This document shows, piece after piece, positions 52,491 to 64,000 of a DNA stretch of 64,000 nucleotides. Each line of letters starts with the position of its first letter. Position 1 is the first letter of the stretch. This stretch comes from an uncultured Gammaproteobacteria bacterium. Lineage in GTDB: Bacteria > Pseudomonadota > Gammaproteobacteria > CAWCPV01. Under the pieces are notes generated by a model that saw nothing but the letters and a program-made list of their open reading frames with translations, did not search any database and was not told the origin of the DNA. The position numbers and the translations under genes were made by a program. The DNA lies in the NCBI GenBank assembly GCA_963797555.1, contig CAWCPV010000003.1, positions 96,001-160,000 on the forward strand, written 5' to 3'.

Positions 52491-53282
52491 TCGCGTGGGA
52501 TCCGACCGTCGCGGCAAAGGCCGCGCCCATCTCCACTATTGGGCTCGCGGGCCTACATTCGCTCCACCACGAGCGGCATTCCGTGGCGACGGCGGCGCCT
52601 GAGCGCCGGCCAGCGACTCCGATAGCAAGCAGCCGGAGGTTTTGCTCCGCCAGCGACGCCTCCGGTCTGTTTCCCCGCTTGATCGCGCACAGCGCCCCGA
52701 ACCCCTGGCCGCAGGACAGTCAGGCAACGGGCCGAAGGTGCCGTGCCCTTCTCGGCCATACCCGCGAGGGATGCGTGTGCCGGGTGGATGGACCCGCCCA
52801 TCGGCGCCGTAACGCGCCAACGAGCACCGCCCGCCGATGCAGCGGGCAGTGCGCCAAGTTTGCCTCGCCCCCACCCTGCCGGTTGAGGTACCGCCCGGCT
52901 CAAGGTGTCGGGAGGTGCAATGGGAGCCTGGCGCCCTTGGCCCGGGCGAGCGTAAGATGCCGCCGATACCTCGTCCGAGGCGATTTTCTGGTGCTCACCG
53001 GCCTGATGCGCGCGGTCGACAGCGTGGCTTGGGCGCAGCCGCGCAGCAGCGGGCGCAACCAGTCTGCGATGCTGGCGAGTTGACCGACTTCAGCACCCAC
53101 CAGAGGTGGAGGAAAAGGATCTGCTGGCGGCCGCGCCCACCGTGCGTCCCAGCGGAATCACGATGGGAAGGTGTTCGCGGCGGCCTATGCCGGTGGGACC
53201 TTCGCGGCGAGCGTCGGGTCACTGTGCGGCACGCTCGACCGCGCGAATCGGGTAAGGCCATCTTGGAGAGCGGAAAGCAAGG

Positions 53283-57479
<4,197 letters not shown>

Positions 57480-57916
57480 AGGAAATTCAACGGCCTATTT
57501 TGGAGGCCGGTGTAACGGTGGAGCGGTCGAGGGTCAAGGCGCCGCGGGAGATGTGAAGGTCGCAAGGGCGGTGTAGAGTGCCCTTGGCCGCCCGAGCCAG
57601 CCCAAGGGGTGGCGGGGGTTGCGGTCGGGGTGCTTTCGCGGATACCCACGCGAGCCCCGCCGCGCGAAGTCTACCAGGAGACTCTCTGGTCGAATTCGAC
57701 CTGCAGCGGCGACCAGAGTGGCACCCGCCTGGAAGCCCCGGGTCTGGAGCGCGGTGGTGTAGCCCGCCCCCGCGAGCCGCCAGGCGGTGCACTCCGCCTG
57801 CCCCGGGTCCGAGCGGATGTGGGCCACGCCGCGCAGCCTGTGCGAATGCTGCAGGCCCGCACGGCATAGCGAGCCCACCGCCTGAGCATGTCCCCAGGGA
57901 GGATCGACACCTCTCG

Positions 57917-58456
57917 TCACACCGCCCACGCTCCCGCCAACAGACGAGGCAGCAGCGGCTGCAAGATGCGGTACGTGACTCCCCAGAGCCGGAACGAGCC
58001 GACTTGGTAGAACCCGATCCGCTGCGGTTCCGAGCCTCCAGGAAAGCATGCCACCTCTTCCCCATGCGCCTCTGGACGCCCCAGATCCCGAACCTTGACC
58101 TCGATGACTTCGGCAATCTCCCCTTCTCGTGGACACCATACGGGCGGCGGCACCATCCGAGCCAAGAACGGGAAAATCAGGAATCCCGTGGTCATGGTCT
58201 CCACAGCCGGCAGAGCCTCCAAGACCTCGATAGCGCCGGTCGCAATTCCAATCTCTTCGTTCGCTTCACGCAGCGCGGTGTCAAGCACGGAGGCATCCGC
58301 CGGCTCACGTTTCCCGCCGGGAAAGGCCAGTTGTCCGGCGTGGATGCCTCCTTCTCCACGCCGAACGAGTACCAGTCTCAGGTCTGCGTCGTTGCGGCGA
58401 CAGAGAGGGACTATGACCGCAGCCTCGCGGACAGCTTTCTGTCGGTTTGACATCAC
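57917..58456 (-). CDS. Nudix CoA pyrophosphatase
   Basis: AAVIVPL, HAGQLAFPGGKRE..TALREANEEIG, LWGVTYRIL. Confidence 0.88.
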   Translation of the reverse strand: MMSNRQKAVREAAVIVPLCRRNDADLRLVLVRRGEGGIHAGQLAFPGGKREPADASVLDTALREANEEIGIATGAIEVLEALPAVETMTTGFLIFPFLARMVPPPVWCPREGEIAEVIEVKVRDLGRPEAHGEEVACFPGGSEPQRIGFYQVGSFRLWGVTYRILQPLLPRLLAGAWAV

Positions 58457-58574
58457 AATGCCCCAGGCCCGAGACCCAACCGGCTGCAGTCTCGCCGTTC
58501 TCCACGGCCTCCGCCATCGGAGGCATTCGGGGGGTCCCTCTCGGTCCGATTAAGACTATCACGTGTCCCATCGC

Positions 58575-59228
58575 CCCACCGACTTGGAGCGGTTCGAAAG
58601 CGTCAAGCACTTCTGCTCCTGGCTCGGACTGTGCCCGGCGTCAGCGCTCGCGCGATGTCTTGCTCGCTGGCCCGGATGCGCCGGCTGACGGTGCCGCGCC
58701 AGCACCCGCGCATCGCGCTGGCCGGACACAATGTCGCCGATGATCGCCTGGCCCGTCTGGCCCATCACGTCGCTGATGACCTCGGTGAGCTGGATGTTCA
58801 TCTGCACTAGCGCCTTTTGCATGCGCTGCACCCAACTGGCCTGCTCGGTGAGCCGCGGGTCGCAACGCTGCGCGCAGCAGCCCATGGCTCATGAGCTTTT
58901 GCAGCCACTGGCAGTCCTGCACGTCGCTCTTGCGCCCCGGCACGTACTTCACCTGCCGCGCATCAACCCGCCACACCTTCAAGCCACGGCTCTCCAACAC
59001 CTCGTACACCGGGACCCAGTACCCCCCAGTGGACTCCAGCGCCACCCCATCGACCCCGCAGGCGAGTAGCCAGTCGGCCAGGGCGTTGAGGTCATCGGTC
59101 ATCGTAGCGACTTCGCGCACCGGGGCATCGCTGCTATGCGCAGGCACTGCCACCCAGTGACTCGATGCCCCTACCTCCACCACCGCCGCGTTGGGAAAAA
59201 CCTCCTCTTCTCGCTTGCGCATCGCCAT
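58575..59228 (-). pseudogene. IS110-family transposase remnant, deleted and partly inverted
   Basis: Minus strand: VALESTGGYW, PGRKSDVQDCQWLQ, RMQKALVQMNIQL. Plus strand 58575-58640: DLERFESVKHFCSWLGLCP. Confidence 0.85.
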
Positions 59229-59489
59229 GGCCTGCTCCACTCTCGTTGAGGAACGGCAGCGCCATGGGAAGCATCGAAATCGACTCGATCCTCTCAAACG
59301 GGATGCGGCTCGCGCCGCTCACCATTGTCACCGACGATTCCCGGACCACGCTCAGAGACGAGCCTCGCACCAAGGCGTCGGCTAACGCCGCGGGCTCGCA
59401 CCCATGACGTGTCGGTCATCTCGGCGCTGCCGCTCACCTTGTACCTCATCGGCGTTTCTTCCAGAACACCTGGCCCGCGCGCGGGATTG

Positions 59490-60020
59490 GGTTGCTCAGA
59501 GCGCGCTCAATACGGGCCAGACACAGACTTGGATTCCGGAGTGTACACGAGGGTCTCGGTGGACGAGGCGGGGCCATACTCCGGGAGCGCGTCGTCCCAG
59601 GGACCCAAGCTGGAAGAGATGCCGCCCCTGGAGCTGGTCAATGCTTACTACACCGCAGACACCAACGTCAACGTGCGGGGCGGCCCCGCCACGGAGTATC
59701 CCATCCTGCACACGCTGCGCCGCGGCGAGCGCGTCCCGGTGATCGGGAAGGTCCAGGGGGCCGAGTGGTTCATGATCGCCGAAGGAGGGACCGGGAGCGG
59801 ATTCCTGTATGCACCCATCGTGTCTCCCTCGGACAGCCAGCCCGAGAACGGCAACGCCATCCGGCACGCGATGATGCTGGGAGAGCAGCCCCAGCGCTAC
59901 ACGGCCGACACTCGGGAGTGCCGGCGTATCACTCAGGAGGTCGTTCTGCCGAGCGGTCAGAAGAGCGTGCACCACTTCACCGCCTGCCGGCAGCCGGACG
60001 GCGCCTGGGCGGAGGTCTAG
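59490..60020 (+). CDS. SH3b-domain protein with surface-antigen-like C-terminus, probably 5'-truncated
   Basis: NVNVRGGPATEYPILHTL..VIGKV..W..GFLY. C-terminal ECRRITQEV..ACRQPDGAW. No convincing start or signal peptide. Confidence 0.6.
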   Translation, partial: GCSERAQYGPDTDLDSGVYTRVSVDEAGPYSGSASSQGPKLEEMPPLELVNAYYTADTNVNVRGGPATEYPILHTLRRGERVPVIGKVQGAEWFMIAEGGTGSGFLYAPIVSPSDSQPENGNAIRHAMMLGEQPQRYTADTRECRRITQEVVLPSGQKSVHHFTACRQPDGAWAEV

Positions 60021-60022
60021 GC

Positions 60023-61009
60023 GTGCGGCCAGCAAGGCTGGTCGCATGCGCAGGCACGCTCGCTGTGGCGTTCGCGGGTCCTGCGGCTGCGGACCGCCTC
60101 CTGATGGAGGCTCCCGGGCTCACGGCCAGCCTGGACCAGCCCCTGCAGTGCGACAAACCCGCGAGCGTGACGGTGGAGGCGGCTCAGCCGGATCTGTTCA
60201 ATGCGCAGTCACCGGAGCTGCAGCGGCTGGTCGATGCCCTGCACGCCATGCTGGCCTTCGAATGCCCCGGCCTGCCCGAGATCCAGGTGCGCGGGGTGTT
60301 GAAAGGCTTGCGCGAGCCGGTCTATCGCGGGACCGCCGCGTCTCAGGGGAACTGGGCGCTGCAAGCCGAGCGGACGGTCCAGTCGGAGGTCCCTTCGGCA
60401 CCCGAGACGGCCGGCCGAGCGCCGGAGGCGGAGGGCGCCCCAGGGCCGGAAAGCGCCGCCTACACGGTCGCCGGCCTGTCCCCGGGAATGACCGTCGAGG
60501 AGGCCGGTGCGGCCGTCGCGGACACCTTCGGCGTGCGGCCCGAATATGATGCGCAGAATGGCCTGATGACCATGTACGCCGACGGATGCCCGCAGGGATA
60601 TCCTCGGAACGACCGGCAGCTTGCGCCCCGCGCCGGTTGGAAGTGCCTGCGGGCCTGGTTCACGGACCAGCGCGTGCCGAAGCTCTATCTGCTGGAGCTC
60701 GTTCAGGTTGTGGGCGGCCACGGGACGGATGCGGTCGAACGCGCACTGACGCAGCGCTACGGGGAGCCCGCCCAAGCATCGCACGGAGCGCCGCCGGCAA
60801 GGGAAAACGCCCTTTATCTGTCCTGGGGGGACACCGTGGATGCGGGGATAGCGCTGCCGCCGGGGGCGCCACGTCCGTCTCACGTGCTGGAGGCGGTGGT
60901 CGAGCCGGTCGACGAAGTGGTCGTCACGACCGTCACGCTGTCCGGACCCGGCCTTAAGAGTCCTCGCGGCCGGTCCCAGCCAGCCGGCGGGCTCGACCTG
61001 AAGTTCTGA
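60023..61009 (+). CDS. Hypothetical exported protein
   Basis: GTG start 2 nt after the upstream stop. Signal peptide ending AGPAAA-D, paired Cys, coding-like codon usage. Confidence 0.65.
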   Translation: MRPARLVACAGTLAVAFAGPAAADRLLMEAPGLTASLDQPLQCDKPASVTVEAAQPDLFNAQSPELQRLVDALHAMLAFECPGLPEIQVRGVLKGLREPVYRGTAASQGNWALQAERTVQSEVPSAPETAGRAPEAEGAPGPESAAYTVAGLSPGMTVEEAGAAVADTFGVRPEYDAQNGLMTMYADGCPQGYPRNDRQLAPRAGWKCLRAWFTDQRVPKLYLLELVQVVGGHGTDAVERALTQRYGEPAQASHGAPPARENALYLSWGDTVDAGIALPPGAPRPSHVLEAVVEPVDEVVVTTVTLSGPGLKSPRGRSQPAGGLDLKF

Positions 61010-61034
61010 GCGCGCAGAGAGTCGCAGGGCGTGC

Positions 61035-61260
61035 TCGCCGGTTGCCTGCCGCTTCCAAGCGAGGCGACAAAGACTGCCCGGGGGCATGGCGGCGTCCGCG
61101 GTGTCTATGTAGCATGGGCCGACATGGCCTACCTTTCGCTTGGGCCAAGATCCACTGCCTGGCTGTCGCGAGGGCACCGTGCACAAAGTAACCTGCTGTA
61201 TACTCGCGGGAGTCCTCTGGCCCTCCGATGCCGCCGCAGGACGGCGGGCACAGGCGACGG
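61035..61260 (+). repeat. About 225-bp diverged direct repeat, copy 1
   Basis: Shares GCATGGCGGCGTCC, GGCCGACATGG, AGGGCACCGTGC, CTGCTGTATACTCGCGGG and GACGGCGGGCACAGGCGACG with 61974-62195. Confidence 0.85.
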
Positions 61261-61337
61261 CGGGGATTGGCGGACAGTGTCCGTGTTTAGGAACAGGCAC
61301 CATCCGGCTAACCACATAATGTCAGACGCTCGATCCA

Positions 61338-61619
61338 GTGACGCGGCACACGATCAGCTATATTCGCGAGTGCATTCGGTCGCTGAACTACGTCGTTTCC
61401 TTGCATGCCTCGGAAGAGCTTGACGATGACAATCTCACGATCCTCGACCTCGAAAACATCGTCCTCACGGGCGAAATCACCGAGCGCCAGCGCGATCGCC
61501 AAACGCGGCAAGTCAAGTCGCTCGTCCGCGGAACCACGCTCGCCGGCGACGAAGGTGAGGCCCTCGTCAAAGTCGGACCAACCGGAACGCTCGTCATCAT
61601 CACCGTCTATCTCGTCTAA
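61338..61619 (+). CDS. DUF4258 toxin-like protein
   Basis: YVVSLHASEEL..DLENIVLTGEITERQ..LVIITVY. Confidence 0.75.
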   Translation: MTRHTISYIRECIRSLNYVVSLHASEELDDDNLTILDLENIVLTGEITERQRDRQTRQVKSLVRGTTLAGDEGEALVKVGPTGTLVIITVYLV

Positions 61620-61860
61620 GGACGTCTGCGCCTCATGTGGACGGAAGGGAGTTGAACTTCGGCACGTCACGCGCAGTTTCGGGCGCGGTGAAAAGCTGCT
61701 CGTCATCGAGAACATCCCCATGTGGTCGTGTCCTCACTGCGGGCAGTCGTATTTCACGGCGCGTACGATGCACGAAATCGAGCGCATCAAATCGCTGCGG
61801 AAGTCTGTAGCTGTTGATCGTTCGGTTCCAGTGGCGGTGTTTCACGAGCCGCGTGTGTAA
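61609..61860 (+). CDS. YgiT/MqsA-type zinc-finger protein (ATC at the expected start)
   Basis: CASCG..VIENIPMWSCPHCGQSYF. Overlaps the toxin stop. Confidence 0.75.
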   Translation: MSSKDVCASCGRKGVELRHVTRSFGRGEKLLVIENIPMWSCPHCGQSYFTARTMHEIERIKSLRKSVAVDRSVPVAVFHEPRV

Positions 61861-61973
61861 CATTTCGCTCAACGCGGACGCCCGCGACGCCGGCAAGGGC
61901 AAATGCACGGTCGCAGGTCGTTGCGGACCTGGCACAAGGCCGATGCGGTTCACACCCACGGAACAACGCAGAT

Positions 61974-62195
61974 TCGCCGGTTGTCGCCTGCAAGAGAGGC
62001 GGCGAAAACTTAACCGGCAGCATGGCGGCGTCCCCCGTCTCTGTACGGAGGATAGGCCGACATGGTCCACCTTTCGTCTCGGTGGAGATCCCATGCCTGA
62101 GTGTCGCAAGGGCACCGTGCGCAAACTAATCTGCTGTATACTCGCGGGGCTTCTGGCCCCCCGCTGCAACGGCGAGACGGCGGGCACAGGCGACG
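61974..62195 (+). repeat. About 225-bp diverged direct repeat, copy 2
   Basis: Same blocks as copy 1. Its end abuts the glycosyltransferase PGHLNP codons. Confidence 0.85.
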
Positions 62196-63467
62196 AGCCG
62201 GGGCACCTCAACCCGATGGTGGCGCTCGCCGACGCGATCCGCCGCCGCGGGCATCGCGTCACCTTTTTCCTGTTGGGCGACACGCCTGGGTCGGCGGCAG
62301 CGGCGGGGTTCGAGGTCATCCCGTTGGGCGGCTCCATCTTCCCGCCGGATGAGTACACAGCCGGGATGCACCGGCTCGGCACCCTCGAAGGCCGGGCGGC
62401 GCTCGAGCATACGCTCGCGCTGGGCGCCCGCGCGGCCGAAGCCATCTTGGAAGTCGGCCCGGTCGCCGCTCGTGGGGCCGGGATCACGGCCCTGCTCGTG
62501 GATCAGGCTTCGTTCCCCGGCGGCACGGTGGCGGACCAGCTCGGCCTGCCGTTCGCGACTGTATGCAACGCGCTGCTGTTGAACCCTGACCCGGCCGTCC
62601 CGCCGTTCTTTCACCCACTGGCGACCGCGCGATGTCTGGTGGGCGCGACTGCGCAACCGGATCGCCTGGGCGGGGCTGAACCGGCTGTACGCCCCGATCC
62701 TGATCCGGATCCAGGAGCGGCGACGGCAGCTCGGCTTGCCGGTGCCCGCGCACATCGCGGATGTTTGGTCGAGCCGACTGCAGGTCAGCCAGCAGCCGGA
62801 GGCGCTCGAGTTCCCCCGGCGGGCGCTGCCGAAGCAGGTCCGGTTCGTCGGGCCGCTGCGGGTCCCGGCAGGCTACCCCCCGGTTCCGTTTCCCTGGGAG
62901 CGGCTCGACGGCCGCCGGCTGATTTACGCGTCGCTCGGCACGCTGCAGAACCGCGTCGCCGGGACCTTCCGGATGATCGCGCAAGCCTGTGACGGGCTCG
63001 ACGCGCAGTTGGTCATCTCGACCGGCCACGGGGTCGCTCCGGAGGCTCTCGGCGATCTCCCAGGCCGGCCGGTCGTGGTGCCCTACGCTCCACAACTGGA
63101 GATGCTCCGCCGGGCCGTCGTCGCGGTCACCCATGCCGGCCTGAACACGTCCCTCGACGCGTTGAGCAGCGGCCTCCCGATGGTGGCCATCCCGGTAGCC
63201 AATGAGCAGCCGGGCATCGCCGCCCGGATTGCCTGGATAGGGGCCGGGGAGAGCGTCACGCTCTCACGGGCGACCCCATCGAGGCTGCGCTCGTTGATAA
63301 GCCGGGTGCTGTCAGCCCCGTCCTACACCGCCGCTGCCCAGCGTGTCCGTGACTCCATCCAGGTCGGTGGCGGTGCTCCGCGCGCCGCAGAGATGATCGA
63401 GCAGCGCTTGGGCCCTCGGGACCTGATTTCGCAGTTCGGTGGTGCAAGCGGCGCGCCCGGGAAATGA
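62196..63467 (+). pseudogene. GT1 glycosyltransferase (MGT/CrtX-like), start missing, frameshift near 62612
   Basis: PGHLNPMVALA..RGHRV, YASLGTLQN, YAPQLEML, THAGLNT, EQPG. Confidence 0.8.
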
Positions 63468-63505
63468 TCGTCGGTCCCCTACTGTTCTCTACTTCATCCC
63501 TGGAC

Positions 63506-63856
63506 TTACCCGGTCTCGTCCTCGCGAATGATCCGAAGCACGTCCTCAGCCCCGATGTCTGACTGCTCGGTCTTCGAGTAGATGGTCACGAGCACCAGCT
63601 CCGTATCCGTTTTCAGGTAGTAAATGACCCGATAGCCACCGCTCTTGCCGCGCTTGGCGTCGGTGTTTCTCGCCCGTACCTTGAAGACCGTGTACCCCAG
63701 ACCCTGGATTTGCTCGCCAGGCGCTTCGCCGGCCTCAAGCTGGTGGACGATCGGCTGGACATCTGATCGGATGTGGCGGTATCGGCGGCTTAAGCGCTTG
63801 AGCTGGCGTTTGAATGCCTCTGAGTAGCTGACCGCTACAGCGCTAGTCCGCGTCAA
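63506..63856 (-). CDS. RelE/HigB-like toxin
   Basis: [41 protein letters not shown]. Confidence 0.88.
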   Translation of the reverse strand: MTRTSAVAVSYSEAFKRQLKRLSRRYRHIRSDVQPIVHQLEAGEAPGEQIQGLGYTVFKVRARNTDAKRGKSGGYRVIYYLKTDTELVLVTIYSKTEQSDIGAEDVLRIIREDETG

Positions 63857-64000
63857 TATCGTCCCACAGGGTTTCGACCGGACGGACGCGGCCGGCCTTC
63901 ACGTCGCACCACCCTTCGCGGAAGGACTCGGCCGCAGTCGGCCAAGGCTCGTCCTCCTCGATGCCCTCTCGGAAGGAATGGACCAACCGCAGCAGCAGCG
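63843..64000 (-). CDS. Cognate antitoxin, partial (runs off the window)
   Basis: [40 protein letters not shown]. Overlaps the toxin start. Confidence 0.7.
   Translation of the reverse strand, partial: LLLRLVHSFREGIEEDEPWPTAAESFREGWCDVKAGRVRPVETLWDDIDAD

Noticed and set aside
52500-53280. Possible genes or ncRNA in the long intergenic stretch; same for 57500-57915 and 32400-32900
   Set aside because: The ORFs are low-complexity Arg/Ala/Pro shadows, and I could not support any RNA family by eye.

Overview
High-GC bacterial (probably proteobacterial) chromosomal window. Housekeeping genes alternate with two defence islands, seven toxin-antitoxin modules, two bounded IS elements (IS1380 and ISL3, both with IRs and TSDs) and several scrambled gene remnants. 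Island 1 (3.9-16.6 kb, minus strand) reads SNF2-DUF3883 helicase, HicBA, DUF1156 methylase, ABC-ATPase plus DUF4276 TOPRIM-like protein, an EVE/PUA-like-HsdR_N nuclease, and a DUF499 ATPase. It carries many frameshifts, probably long-read errors. Island 2 (38.6-48.1 kb, minus strand) holds a type III-like Mod methyltransferase whose Res partner is deleted, a TIGR04255 three-gene module, a RelE-UvrD fusion and TA pairs. The most striking signal is inside mod. Five separate sites carry hairpins built from 7-nt repeats (GTGRYYN arm, NRRYCAC arm), and all keep the reading frame. The largest encloses a complete four-helix-bundle (23S-IVP/Avd-like) gene in a different frame, while the methyltransferase frame stays open across it. 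This suggests an intragenic hairpin intervening element with full-size and miniature copies. Family names come from motif recognition by eye, not from database searches.
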